DNA from: an uncultured Gemmatimonadales bacterium
GTDB lineage: Bacteria; Gemmatimonadota; Gemmatimonadetes; Longimicrobiales; RSA9
Assembly (NCBI GenBank): GCA_963798845.1
Contig: CAWCUS010000001.1
Coordinates: forward strand, 824,929-888,928
DNA length: 64,000 bases
Direction: 5' to 3'
Both the position numbers and the translations under genes were made by a program. The notes under the pieces were generated by a model that was not told the origin of the DNA, did no database searches, and worked only from the letters and a program-made list of their open reading frames with translations. Shown here in pieces: positions 11,538 through 21,912 of the stretch; the stretch's first letter is position 1; the number at the start of each line of letters is the position of its first letter.

Positions 11538-12590
11538 TTGTCCCACATACGACTGATCCGAAACGCAGCGCCGCTGCTCGTGCTGCTCGCCGGCGCGTGC
11601 TCGGATTCGTCCCGCATGGCCATGGGGGACGTGAACAGCGTCATCGTGGTGGTGGACGACACGCTCTGGTCGCAGGTGTCCGACACGGTCATGACCACGC
11701 TCCAGCCCACGATCTTCGCCGTGCGCCAGGAGCCGACGTTCCTGCTCACGCAGACATCGACTGCGGGGCCGCACTGGGGAGAGCTGCGTCGCTTCCGACA
11801 GGTGCTCGCCATCGGGCACGCGGACGATCCCGCCGTGTCCGCGGCGGTGTCGGCGGCCCACGCCTCGGTCACGCCCCCCGCCATCGTGGAAGCCAACGAC
11901 GTGTGGGCCCGGAGCCAGCACGTGACGGCGCTGGTGCTTCCGCGTGGCAACGAAGCGGCCGTCGTGGCGTCGTACGTGGACAGCCTGTCGTCGCTCCTGG
12001 ACTACCGCTACCGCTCGTGGGCCAAGCAGCGCATGTACTTCAGCGGCCACGATGAAGCGCTGGCCGACACACTCGAGCAGGCGGGCGGGTTCACCGTGGA
12101 CGTGCCGGACGTGTACCGGTGGCGGCAGGTGGGGGATTCGGCTTTCATGTTCCTGAACGACGAGCCCGATGCCTCGCAGCTCGTGCGCTCGCTCCTGGTC
12201 ACGTGGCGCATTGGCACCGGGGGGAAGCCGGCCGTGGAGCCCGCGCTGGCGTGGCGCGACTCCGTCGCAAAGCGATTCTACGACTGGGGCCAGATCACGG
12301 AGCCGCACCCGATCCAGAGCACCGAGGTGACCATCGAGGGGCAACCCTCCGGCGTGGAGGAAATGCTGCAGATCCGCGGCGTGTGGAGCGGCACCGACGA
12401 GTCCTTCCCCACGGGCGGCCCGTTCATCGCGCGCGTCGTGGACTGCCCCGACCAGGACCGCAGGTACCTGCTGGACGCGTGGCTGTATGCCCCCGCCAAG
12501 GACAAGTACCAGTACATCATCCAGCTGGAGGCCCTGCTCGACTCCTTCCAATGCGACGGAGCCGCCAGCACTTCCCCCGCCGCCGAGTGA
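11538..12590 (+). CDS. Lipoprotein, DUF4837-like
   Basis: Signal peptide with LAGAC lipobox; C-terminal GVWS...GGPF...LYAPAKDK pattern; TTG start inferred. Confidence 0.65.
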   Translation: MSHIRLIRNAAPLLVLLAGACSDSSRMAMGDVNSVIVVVDDTLWSQVSDTVMTTLQPTIFAVRQEPTFLLTQTSTAGPHWGELRRFRQVLAIGHADDPAVSAAVSAAHASVTPPAIVEANDVWARSQHVTALVLPRGNEAAVVASYVDSLSSLLDYRYRSWAKQRMYFSGHDEALADTLEQAGGFTVDVPDVYRWRQVGDSAFMFLNDEPDASQLVRSLLVTWRIGTGGKPAVEPALAWRDSVAKRFYDWGQITEPHPIQSTEVTIEGQPSGVEEMLQIRGVWSGTDESFPTGGPFIARVVDCPDQDRRYLLDAWLYAPAKDKYQYIIQLEALLDSFQCDGAASTSPAAE

Positions 12591-12845
12591 CGAACGCAGT
12601 GACCCCCCCTGCGAACGCAGTGACCCCCCCTGCGAACGAAGTGAGCCCCTCTGCGAGGCCGCGAGGCGGCCGAGCCCCTCTGCGAACGAAGTGAGCCCCC
12701 CTGCGAACGAAGTGAGCCCCTCTGCGAACGAAGTGAGCCCCTCTGCGAACGAAGTGAGCCCCTCTGCGAACGAAGTGAGCCCCTCTGCGAACGAAGTGAG
12801 CCCCTCTGCGAACGAAGTGAGCCCCTCTGCGAACGAAGTGAGCCC
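12591..12845 (+). repeat. 21-bp tandem repeat, about 12 units (CGAACGAAGTGAGCCCCTCTG)
   Basis: Directly visible; two variant units with a GCA loop, one 29-nt variant with an extended stem, last unit partial; fills the whole intergenic gap. Confidence 0.97.
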
Positions 12846-12850
12846 ATAAC

Positions 12851-15800
12851 GTGTTCGTCCACCTCCACACCCACTCCGAGTTCTCGCTCCTGGACGGCGC
12901 GAACCGGCTTGGCGACCTGATCCGGCGGGCGCAGGAGCTCGAGATGCCCGCCGTGGCGCTGACGGATCACGGCGCCATGTATGGCGCGTGGCAGTTCCGC
13001 CAGCAGGCGACCAGGGCGGGGATCCGGCCGATCATCGGCATGGAAGCGTACGTGGCTCCCGGCGCGCGGCAGGACCGCAGCGTGGTCAGGGGCGAGCGGC
13101 CGTACTACCACCTGGTTCTCCTCGCCCGCGACCTCACCGGGTTCCGGAATCTGGTGCGGCTTTCCTCGATCGGCTTCCTCGAGGGGTTCTACCACCGCCC
13201 GCGCGTGGACCGCGAGGTGCTGGAGCGGTACTCCGAAGGCCTGATCGTGAGCAGCGCGTGCATGGCGGGCGAAGTGGCGCGCCACCTGATGGCGGGCGAG
13301 CACGATGCCGCGCGGGAGGCGGCGACATGGTACGCGGAGGTGTTCAGGGACCGCTACTACCTGGAAGTGCAGGCGCACGACACGGAAGGCCAGGCGAACC
13401 TGAACGAGAAGGTGCTCGCGCTGGCCGAGGAGCTGTCGCTCCCCGTCGTCGCCACGAACGACGCCCACTTCCTGCGCCCCGAGGACCACGACGCCCACGA
13501 CATCCTGCTCTGCATCGGCCTCGGCAAGGATCGCGAGGACCAGAACCGGATGCGGTACGACCGCGGCCTCTATTTCAAGTCGGGACCGGAGATGGCCGAG
13601 CGCTTCCCCGCGCATCCGGACGTGCTGGAGAACACGCTCGCCATCGCGGACCGTGTCTCGCTGGACCTGCCGAGGCAGTACTACGTGCCCAAGTTCCCGC
13701 TCCCCCAGGGGTTCAGCGAGGAGTCGGCGCTGCTGACGGAGCTGGCGACGAAGGGGACCCGGGAGATCTACGGCGACCCGCTTCCGCCCGACGTCCAGGA
13801 TCGGCTGGACTACGAGCTGGGCGTGATCACGAACCCGACGGCCGACTACTCGGGCTACTTCCTGATCACGGCCGACTTCATCAACTGGGCGAAGGACCAG
13901 GGGATCCCGGTGGGCCCAGGTCGCGGCTCGGCGGCGGGGTCCATCGTCGCCTACGCCATGGGCATCACGGGCGTGGACCCGCTCGAGTTCGACCTGCTGT
14001 TCGAGCGATTCCTGAACCCGGACCGCGTGTCCATGCCCGACATCGACATCGACTTCTGCTACGAGCGCAGGGGCGAGGTCATCGAGTACGTGCGGGAGAA
14101 GTACGGGCGGGACAGTGTGGGCCAGATCATCACGTTCGGCACCATGAAGTCCCGGGCGGTGATCCGGGACGTGGGGCGCGTGCTCGGCTTCGAGCCCGCG
14201 GAGACCGACAGGCTGGCCAAGCTGATCCCGAACGCCCCCGGCAACAGCATGACCGTGTCGGAAGCGAGGGAGAAGATCGGCGAGCTGCGGGAGATGGCGC
14301 GCTCGGACGACCGCGTTCGTCGCCTGCTCGACTATGCCGAGACGCTGGAGGGGCTGAATCGTCACGCCAGTGTCCACGCCGCCGGCGTGGTCATCGCCCC
14401 CGGTCCGCTCCAGGAGTACGTCCCCGTGTGCACGCAGTCGGGCGGCCGCGGCGCCGGCTCGAACCGCAAGGTCGGCGAAGGCAACGGCGACGAGGACACG
14501 ATCGTCACCCAGTGGGACATGAACGCACTGGAGCAGGCCGGGATGCTGAAGATGGACTTCCTCGGCCTGAAGACGCTCACGGTCATCTACGACGCCGCGG
14601 ACGCGGTGCGGAAGAGCCGCGGCGCCCTCCGCCACCCGGTCACCGGCGAGGAGTACGAGCGGATCGAGGATGTGCCGCTGGACGACGGGGCCGTGTACGA
14701 GATGCTGGCCCACGGCGGCACGAGCGGCGTGTTCCAGTTCGAGTCGAGCCTGGCCACGGACAAGCTGCGGGCCATGAAGTGCGACCGCTTCGAGGACCTG
14801 GTGGCCACGAACGCGCTGATCCGACCCGGTCCGCTGGACAGCGGGATGACGGACGTGTTCATCCGTCGCAAGCTGGGCAAGGAGCCGGTCACGTACCCGC
14901 TGCCGCAGCTGTCGGAGGTGCTGGCGCCCACGTACGGGGTCATCACCTACCAGGAGCAGTTGATGCGCATCGCGCAGGTGCTGGCCGGCTTCACGCTGGC
15001 GGAAGCCGACGTGATGCGGAAGGCGGTGGGAAAGAAGGACGCTGAGCTGATCGCCGCGCAGCTGGAGAAGTTCGTGACGCGCGCGGTGGAGCTCGAGGTG
15101 CCGCAGGCGAAGGCGAGGGAGATCGCCGAGCAGATCGAGACGTTCGGCCGTTACGGCTTCAACCGGAGCCACTCGGTGGCGTACGCGTTGCTGAGCTACC
15201 AGACCGCGTGGCTGAAGCGGCACTACCCTGCCGAGTTCATGGCGGCGCTGCTTTCATCGGTTGTGGACAAAACCGACGACGTGGTAAAGTACATCGCGGA
15301 ATGTCGCGAGATGACGCGCCACATCCCCGGCCGCGAGGATCCCATCGAGGTCCTCCCCCCCGACGTCAACGAGAGCGGGTGGAAGTTCACGGCGGTGAGC
15401 GACACCGCCATCCGCTTCGGCATGGGCGCGTGCCGGGGCGTGGGCGAGGGCGCGGTGCGGGAGATCCTGGCGGCGAGGGCGGACGGCGGGTTCCAGAGCC
15501 TGTTCGAGCTGGTGGACCGGGTCGACCTGCGGGCCGCGGGGAAGCGCACGCTGGAAGCGCTCATCGCGGCGGGCGCGTGCGATTCGTTCGGGCACCGGGC
15601 CCAGCTCATGGCGGGGCTGGAAGTGGCGGTGGGCGAGGCGCAGCTGCGCCAGGCGGACCGGGAGAGCGGTCAGGGCTCGCTCTTCGACCTGGGCGCCGAG
15701 GCCGCGCCGGTGCGGGAAGCGCCGAAGCTGCCCGAGGTGCCGAGGTGGCCGGAGTCGGACCGGCTGGCGAGGGAGAAGGAGATCCTTGGCTTCTTCATCA

Positions 15801-16426
15801 GCGGCCACCCGCTGGACAGGTTCCGGGACGAGCTGAAGCTGTTCGGCGCGGTGAACACGGCGAACCTCTCGGAGCACCGGGACCGGAAAGTGGAGCTGGC
15901 GTGCGTGGTGACCGCGGTTGCGCGCCAGATCTCGAAGCGGAGCGGGCAGGAATGGGGGCGGGTGACCGTGGAGGACTTCCACGGCACCGCCACCGTCCTG
16001 GCGTTCGGTGAGGCGTGGGAGAAGTATCGCGACGTGCTGCTGCAGGACGCGGCGGTGGTGATCCGGGGGCAGGTGTCCGGGCGCGACCGGGACGAGGACG
16101 ACCCGCCCGTCTTCCTGGACGAAGCGCTGGCGCTCGCCACCGTTCGGGACGCCGGCTCGGTGGGTCTGGAGGTCCGCCTGCGGCGCGGGGCGTCCGCCGA
16201 CTGCATCGACGCGGCCACCGTCGCGTTCCGCCGCTGCCCTGGCGAGGCGCCGGTCTACGTCCGGCTGGAGGGGAACGGCGGGCACCGGGGCGAGGGTGGG
16301 AACGGGGGTGGGCGGAAGCGGTTCCGCTCCAGGACGGTGCGGGTGTCGCCGTCACCGGAGCTGGTGGCGGAGCTGAAGGAGCTGTTCGGGCCGGAGGGGG
16401 TCCGACTGGTACGAGCGCAAGGATGA
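12851..16426 (+). CDS. dnaE: DNA polymerase III alpha subunit
   Basis: FVHLHTHSEFSLLDG PHP domain, GPGRGSAAGS, MPDIDIDF, KMDFLGL and YGFNRSH. Confidence 0.98.
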   Translation: MFVHLHTHSEFSLLDGANRLGDLIRRAQELEMPAVALTDHGAMYGAWQFRQQATRAGIRPIIGMEAYVAPGARQDRSVVRGERPYYHLVLLARDLTGFRNLVRLSSIGFLEGFYHRPRVDREVLERYSEGLIVSSACMAGEVARHLMAGEHDAAREAATWYAEVFRDRYYLEVQAHDTEGQANLNEKVLALAEELSLPVVATNDAHFLRPEDHDAHDILLCIGLGKDREDQNRMRYDRGLYFKSGPEMAERFPAHPDVLENTLAIADRVSLDLPRQYYVPKFPLPQGFSEESALLTELATKGTREIYGDPLPPDVQDRLDYELGVITNPTADYSGYFLITADFINWAKDQGIPVGPGRGSAAGSIVAYAMGITGVDPLEFDLLFERFLNPDRVSMPDIDIDFCYERRGEVIEYVREKYGRDSVGQIITFGTMKSRAVIRDVGRVLGFEPAETDRLAKLIPNAPGNSMTVSEAREKIGELREMARSDDRVRRLLDYAETLEGLNRHASVHAAGVVIAPGPLQEYVPVCTQSGGRGAGSNRKVGEGNGDEDTIVTQWDMNALEQAGMLKMDFLGLKTLTVIYDAADAVRKSRGALRHPVTGEEYERIEDVPLDDGAVYEMLAHGGTSGVFQFESSLATDKLRAMKCDRFEDLVATNALIRPGPLDSGMTDVFIRRKLGKEPVTYPLPQLSEVLAPTYGVITYQEQLMRIAQVLAGFTLAEADVMRKAVGKKDAELIAAQLEKFVTRAVELEVPQAKAREIAEQIETFGRYGFNRSHSVAYALLSYQTAWLKRHYPAEFMAALLSSVVDKTDDVVKYIAECREMTRHIPGREDPIEVLPPDVNESGWKFTAVSDTAIRFGMGACRGVGEGAVREILAARADGGFQSLFELVDRVDLRAAGKRTLEALIAAGACDSFGHRAQLMAGLEVAVGEAQLRQADRESGQGSLFDLGAEAAPVREAPKLPEVPRWPESDRLAREKEILGFFISGHPLDRFRDELKLFGAVNTANLSEHRDRKVELACVVTAVARQISKRSGQEWGRVTVEDFHGTATVLAFGEAWEKYRDVLLQDAAVVIRGQVSGRDRDEDDPPVFLDEALALATVRDAGSVGLEVRLRRGASADCIDAATVAFRRCPGEAPVYVRLEGNGGHRGEGGNGGGRKRFRSRTVRVSPSPELVAELKELFGPEGVRLVRAQG

Positions 16427-16429
16427 CGA

Positions 16430-17401
16430 ATGGCCGGTAAACCGCTGGACTTCGAGCGCGACATCAAGGAGCTGGAGGAGCAGATCGACCGCCTCCAGGG
16501 CCTGGCCCGCGAGCGCGGACTCGACGCGTCGCCTGAGCTCGACACGCTGGAAGCGAAGCTGGAGGAGCTGAAGCTGGACACGTTCCGCGACCTCTCGCCC
16601 ATGGAGCGCGTCCAGCTGGCGCGGCATCCGCAGCGCCCGTTCACGCTCGACTACGTGGAGCGGGTGTTCACCGACTTCAGGGAGCTGCACGGCGATCGCG
16701 CCTATCGCGATGACGAGTCGATCGTAGCGGGTTGGGCGCGCCTGGACGGTCGCACGGTCATGGTGATCGGCCACCAGCGCGGGCGCGACATGAAGGAGAA
16801 CCTGTTGCGCAACTTCGGGATGCCGCACCCGGAGGGGTACCGCAAGGCGCTCCGGCTCATGCACCAGGCGGAGAAGTTCGGCCACCCCGTGATCACGTTC
16901 ATCGACACGCCCGGGGCGTACCCGGGGATGGGAGCGGAGGAGCGGGGCCAGGCGGAAGCGATCGCCAGGAACCTGCGGGACATGGCGGCGCTGAGGGTGC
17001 CCACCATCTCCGTGGTGATCGGGGAGGGCGGGAGCGGCGGCGCGCTGGCGCTCGGCGTGACGGACCGGATCCTGATGTTCGAGAACGCCATCTACAGCGT
17101 GATCACGGCCGAGGGGTGCGCGGCCATCCTGTGGAAGACGGCGGAGGCGAAGGACAAGGCGGCCGCGGCGCTGAAGATCACCGCCCCGGACCTGCAGCGC
17201 CTGGGCGTTGTGGACGAGATCCTCCCGGAGCCGAGCGCGGGCGCCCACAACGACTGGGACGCCGCCGCCGACACGTTGAAGAAGGCCCTGGAGCGCCAGC
17301 TGGCCGAGCTCACGAAGCTGGACGTGGATGCGCTCCGGGAGCAGCGCTGGGCCAAGTACGACGGGCTCGGCGAGTGGAAGGAGCCGGCGCCGGCCGGCTG
17401 A
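16430..17401 (+). CDS. accA: Acetyl-CoA carboxylase carboxyltransferase alpha
   Basis: ARHPQRP, ELHGDR, FGMPHPEGYRKALR, DTPGAYPG and GEGGSGGAL. Confidence 0.98.
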   Translation: MAGKPLDFERDIKELEEQIDRLQGLARERGLDASPELDTLEAKLEELKLDTFRDLSPMERVQLARHPQRPFTLDYVERVFTDFRELHGDRAYRDDESIVAGWARLDGRTVMVIGHQRGRDMKENLLRNFGMPHPEGYRKALRLMHQAEKFGHPVITFIDTPGAYPGMGAEERGQAEAIARNLRDMAALRVPTISVVIGEGGSGGALALGVTDRILMFENAIYSVITAEGCAAILWKTAEAKDKAAAALKITAPDLQRLGVVDEILPEPSAGAHNDWDAAADTLKKALERQLAELTKLDVDALREQRWAKYDGLGEWKEPAPAG

Positions 17402-17429
17402 GCCCGGACCGCCGAGCAGCGGAGCCCCC

Positions 17430-18329
17430 ATGCACATCGTCGAAGTCAGCTTCAAGGGAAACCGACGGGACTACTTCGCCGCGGACGGCGAGCTGGCCTC
17501 GGTGGACTCCTACGTCATCGTCGAGGCGGACCGGGGCGAGGACCTGGGTCGCGTCACGGCCGCGGGCGCCGTCGCCGAGCGGAAGTGCACCGGATGCTCC
17601 ACCGGCTGCGCCGCGCCGACGCCCTCGAAGCGCGTGCTCCGCATCGCCCGCCCGGAGGAGGTGGACCGTTCCGTGGCGCTCCGCTCCGATGAGCCGCGGG
17701 TGCGCCGCACGGTGCGAGAGAAGGTGCAGCGCCACCAGCTGAAGATGAAGGTGAGCGAGGCCGAGTGGCAGTTCGACCGGAACAAGCTGACCGTCTACTT
17801 CACGGCCGAGCGGCGCGTGGACTTCCGCGAGCTGGTGAAGGACCTGGCGCGGACGTTCCGGACGCGCATCGAGCTGAAGCAGATCGGGGTGCGCGACGAG
17901 GCCGCGCTCCTGGGCGGCGTCGGCCGCTGCGGCCGCGAGCTGTGCTGCTCCACCTGGCTGCGCGAGCTCAAGCCCGTCAGCCTCCAGCTCGCCAAGGACC
18001 AGCGGCTCTCCCTCAATCCGGCCCAGATCTCCGGCTGCTGCGGCCGCCTCATGTGCTGCCTCACGTACGAGCACGCGGCGTACGTGGAGGCCAGGAAGCG
18101 CTTCCCGCGCGAAGGTAAGTGGCTGGCCACGGACCGCGGGCGCGAGCGCGTCATTGCCGTGGACATCTGGCGCGAGCGAGTGGTTCTGAAGGACGAGAGC
18201 GGCGAGCGTCGCACCGTGGAGCTGGCGGCGCTGAAGACCGAGGTGGAGGCGGGTTCGCGCCTGGCGGCGAAGCGGGAGCGGAGCCGGGGCGAATCGGGGA
18301 CGAACGGGAACGCGGGTGGTGAGGGTTGA
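17430..18329 (+). CDS. ricT: PSP1-domain protein, RicT/YaaT-like
   Basis: RVDFRELVKDLA, QIGVRDEA, CGRELCC and ISGCCGRLMCCLTYE. Confidence 0.9.
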   Translation: MHIVEVSFKGNRRDYFAADGELASVDSYVIVEADRGEDLGRVTAAGAVAERKCTGCSTGCAAPTPSKRVLRIARPEEVDRSVALRSDEPRVRRTVREKVQRHQLKMKVSEAEWQFDRNKLTVYFTAERRVDFRELVKDLARTFRTRIELKQIGVRDEAALLGGVGRCGRELCCSTWLRELKPVSLQLAKDQRLSLNPAQISGCCGRLMCCLTYEHAAYVEARKRFPREGKWLATDRGRERVIAVDIWRERVVLKDESGERRTVELAALKTEVEAGSRLAAKRERSRGESGTNGNAGGEG

Positions 18330-19888
18330 ACCCCAAGCGCTACAAGTACATAACGACTGCCATCGACTACGCCAACGGCGCCCCGCACCTGGGGCACGCG
18401 CTGGAGAAGATCGGTGCCGATGCCATGGCCCGGTATCGCCGCCGCAAGGGCGAGCACGTGCATTACGTCATCGGCATGGACGAGCATGGCCTGAAAGTCT
18501 TGCAGAGCGCGCAGGAGAGCGGCATCACCCCACAGGAGTGGGTGGACGAGCTGGCCGGTCAGTTCCAGGCGGCGTGGAAGGCGCTGCACCTCAGCAACGA
18601 CGACTTCATCCGCACCACGGAAGCCCGGCACCGGCAGGCGGCGCAGGAGATGGTGCGTCGCATCGATGCCGCCGGCGACCTCTACACCTCCATATATGCC
18701 GGCTACTACTGCATCGGCTGCGAGGCGTACAAGACCGAGGACGAGCTGGAGGGGAAGGACCCGGCCTCGCCGCTGCCGCCGGGAAAGGCAAGCCCCGAGC
18801 GCGCCCACGCGCTCCGCTGCCCCCTCCACCCCCGCCGCGAGCTGGAGTGGATGGAGGAGGAGAACTGGTTCTTCCGCCTCTCCCGCTACCGGGACCGCCT
18901 GCTCGACCTCCTGGACGAGCGGCCGGAGTTCGTTCAACCCGAAACGCGCCGTAACGAGGTGCGCCGCGTGATCGAGGGAGGGCTCGAGGACATCTCGGTC
19001 TCCCGCGCGCGCCTGGCCTGGGGGATCCCCTGGCCGGACGACCCGGACCACGTGGTGTACGTCTGGCTGGAGGCGCTCAGCAACTACCTCTCGGCCACCG
19101 GCTTCCCCGACGACGGCTACACCGCCTACTGGCCAGCCGACTTCCACGTCATCGGCAAGGACATCACCCGCTTCCACTGCATCTACTGGCCCGCTTTCCT
19201 CATGAGCGCGGGCCTCGCGCTGCCCCGCACCGTGTGGGCACACGGCTTCATCAATTTCGGCGGCGGCAAGATGTCGAAATCGGAGGGAGTGAGCATCACG
19301 CTCGACTCCGCCATCGATCGCCACGGACCCGATGCGCTGCGCTACTACCTGCTCCACGACATCCCGTGGACCGGCGACGGTGACTTCTCGCTGGAGCGCT
19401 TCGACGACGTCTACACCGCCGAGCTGGCCAACGACCTCGGCAACCTCGCCAGCCGCAGCCTGTCCATGATCGAGCGCTACCGTGGCGGCGTGGTGCCGCA
19501 CGGCGGCGATACGGACCTCGACGACCGCATTCCGGACGTTCTCGTCCGCTACCGTGCCGCCATGGACGGCAACCTCCTGCACCAGGGGATCGGCGCCGCC
19601 ATGGAGCTCACCGACGCGGCCAACGGTTTCGTCGAGGCCCGCGCACCCTGGAGCCAGGCGAAGGACCCGGCACAGTCGGCGGAGCTCGACGCCACACTGG
19701 CCGCCCTCGCCCGGGCCCTCGCCGCCCTGGTCACGATGCTCGAGCCCTTCCTGCCCGAACGCATGCGCTGCCTCGCGGCCACCCTCGGGCTCCAGGACGT
19801 GCCCGGCCTCGATGATGTGGCGAGGCTCGATCTGGCCGGGCACCACGTGGAGCGCGGCGAGATCCTGTTCCCGCGCGCTGACCGGTAG
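18326..19888 (+). CDS. metG: Methionine--tRNA ligase (short form)
   Basis: YITTAIDYANGAPHLGH, GKDITRFH and KMSKS. Confidence 0.97.
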   Translation: MNPKRYKYITTAIDYANGAPHLGHALEKIGADAMARYRRRKGEHVHYVIGMDEHGLKVLQSAQESGITPQEWVDELAGQFQAAWKALHLSNDDFIRTTEARHRQAAQEMVRRIDAAGDLYTSIYAGYYCIGCEAYKTEDELEGKDPASPLPPGKASPERAHALRCPLHPRRELEWMEEENWFFRLSRYRDRLLDLLDERPEFVQPETRRNEVRRVIEGGLEDISVSRARLAWGIPWPDDPDHVVYVWLEALSNYLSATGFPDDGYTAYWPADFHVIGKDITRFHCIYWPAFLMSAGLALPRTVWAHGFINFGGGKMSKSEGVSITLDSAIDRHGPDALRYYLLHDIPWTGDGDFSLERFDDVYTAELANDLGNLASRSLSMIERYRGGVVPHGGDTDLDDRIPDVLVRYRAAMDGNLLHQGIGAAMELTDAANGFVEARAPWSQAKDPAQSAELDATLAALARALAALVTMLEPFLPERMRCLAATLGLQDVPGLDDVARLDLAGHHVERGEILFPRADR

Positions 19889-20006
19889 GTGTCGGGAAAT
19901 CCCGGAAATTTGCCGGGGCGTCTTGACGGTCCTGCGGAGCAGGGGGTATCGTTGCCCGGTTCCCACAGGAAATCAACCGTAACGCTCCCCCGAACCCTGG
20001 ATCTCC

Positions 20007-20948
20007 ATGGCACGGCGCCAATGGACACTCATGGTCCTAGCGGACGACCAGTCCCGTGTTCGGCAGTATCGGATCTCCAGCCGAGCCGTTCGCTCCTGGC
20101 TTGCGGTGGCCTCCGTGGCGCTGCTCGTCCTCGTGACGCTGGCCGCCGGGTTCTTCATGGAAGAGCCGCAGCGCTTCCATGCGGAGCGGCTGACGAAGGC
20201 CAACGAGCTGCTGACCCACCAGCTGGAGACGCTCCGATCGGACATGGCGGTGCTTCAGAACTCCCTCGCCGAGCTGTCGGCGAAGGACGAGCGCTACCGT
20301 CTGCTCGCGAATCTGCAGCCGCTGGACGAGGACGTGAAGAAGGCCGGTGTCGGCGGTCCCGGCACACGCACGCTGGAGGAGACGCCGCTCTGGCACGTGG
20401 ACCGCAAGCTCGCGCGGGAAGCGTTCGGCGCGAGCGAGGACGTGAACGCGCTGATCCGCAGGGCACGGGTGCTCACGGCCAGCTGGGATGAGGCGACGCG
20501 CTCGATGGAGACGCAGGTGGACGCGTGGGAGCGGACGCCATCGATCATGCCGACGGAAGGCTACGAGTCGAGCGGCTTCAGCCGCAGTCGGATGCACCCG
20601 ATCCTCAACATCCGGCGACCGCACAAGGGCATCGACATCGTGGCCCGACGCGGCACCCCGGTGGTGGCCGCGGCCAAGGGCACCGTGGTGTTCGCAGCGG
20701 ACACGCACGGCGAATACGGCTGGATGGTGGACGTCGACCACGGCAACGGCGTCACCACGCGCTACGCCCATCTGGCGAAGGGGAGCGTGGTGGTGAAGCC
20801 GGGGCAGCTGGTGGAGCGGTGGCAGAAGCTCGCCGAAGTGGGCAGCACCGGGCTGGTGACCGCGCCGAGCACCCATTACGAGGTGATCGTGGACGGCCGT
20901 CCCGTGGACCCGGACAAGTTCGTCCTCGGAGACGTCCTCCGCTTCTGA
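20007..20948 (+). CDS. M23 family metallopeptidase
   Basis: N-terminal TM and coiled coil; HKGID, TRYAHL and GSTG...THYEV; TTGACG-18-TATCGT upstream at 19923-19952. Confidence 0.92.
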   Translation: MARRQWTLMVLADDQSRVRQYRISSRAVRSWLAVASVALLVLVTLAAGFFMEEPQRFHAERLTKANELLTHQLETLRSDMAVLQNSLAELSAKDERYRLLANLQPLDEDVKKAGVGGPGTRTLEETPLWHVDRKLAREAFGASEDVNALIRRARVLTASWDEATRSMETQVDAWERTPSIMPTEGYESSGFSRSRMHPILNIRRPHKGIDIVARRGTPVVAAAKGTVVFAADTHGEYGWMVDVDHGNGVTTRYAHLAKGSVVVKPGQLVERWQKLAEVGSTGLVTAPSTHYEVIVDGRPVDPDKFVLGDVLRF

Positions 20949-21120
20949 ACCGGGCGATCGACGGCCGTCCGGTCGACGGGCGGCCGCGCCCGCAACGGCC
21001 GTTCGCGCTCCCCGGAGCCAGGCCGCGACTCGCGAGGGAAGCGGGGCGGGCGCTTGATGGACCCCGGGGGGTCCTGTACCTTGTTGTCCTTCCCATGATC
21101 CACCTTTCCGAGAGAGACAG

Positions 21121-21906
21121 ATGAGACGAGTGGTGCTGATCGCGGCCGCAGCCGTGTTCGGGGCGAGCACTGCAGCATGCGGGGGCGGCGACGTCACGGT
21201 GCTCGCGCAGCTCCAGGGCGCGTCCACCGGGGCCGAGACGGCAGAACCCGTGGCGCTGGGGTCCCTCCCGGTGCGGCTCCTGCCGTACGACCGGGACCAG
21301 ATCTTCGACTCGCTGAAGGCGGCGTATCCCGAGCCGGAGCCCGAGGTACCGGACAGTATCGCGGCGCTGCAGGACCGCGTGATCACGAAGCAGCGGGAGT
21401 GGCAGCAGGCCAACAACCAGTGGCTCGCCCTGCGCGACAGCCTGAAGACGCTGTCGACGAAGATGGCGAGGATGAGCAAGAGCTCCGGCGAGTACTTCGC
21501 GATGTTCCGCGACTTCAACGACATGGACGACCAGGTGAGCGCGCTGGAGAAGCGCTCCAACCAGGCGTTCCAGGAGTTCACCACTTCGCAGAACCGGCTG
21601 AACGAGCAGGCCAGGGAGATCCGGCTGGCGAAGCGGGCGTGGGGGGACGAGGCGTACGCGCCCATCGACTCCATCATCGGCGCGCGCCTGGACGCGATGG
21701 GGCTTCAGGAGTACGCGGACACGACCACCGACCAGGGCGTGGCGTACTTCAAGGACATCCCGGAGGGCAGGTGGTGGGTCTACGCGCGCTACGAGCGCCA
21801 GTTCGACGAGCTGTACTGGAACGTTCCGATCAACGTCCAGGGCGGGAAGGAGCCGACCCGGATCCAGCTCACCGAGGAGAACGCCGAGGTGCGCCCGAAG
21901 CTGTGA
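21121..21906 (+). CDS. Hypothetical lipoprotein with coiled-coil region
   Basis: Signal peptide ending TAAC; host-like codon usage. Confidence 0.75.
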   Translation: MRRVVLIAAAAVFGASTAACGGGDVTVLAQLQGASTGAETAEPVALGSLPVRLLPYDRDQIFDSLKAAYPEPEPEVPDSIAALQDRVITKQREWQQANNQWLALRDSLKTLSTKMARMSKSSGEYFAMFRDFNDMDDQVSALEKRSNQAFQEFTTSQNRLNEQAREIRLAKRAWGDEAYAPIDSIIGARLDAMGLQEYADTTTDQGVAYFKDIPEGRWWVYARYERQFDELYWNVPINVQGGKEPTRIQLTEENAEVRPKL

Positions 21907-21912
21907 GGCAAC

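Noticed and set aside
12591..12845. CRISPR array
   Set aside because: Contiguous 21-bp repeats without unique spacers; no cas genes in the window
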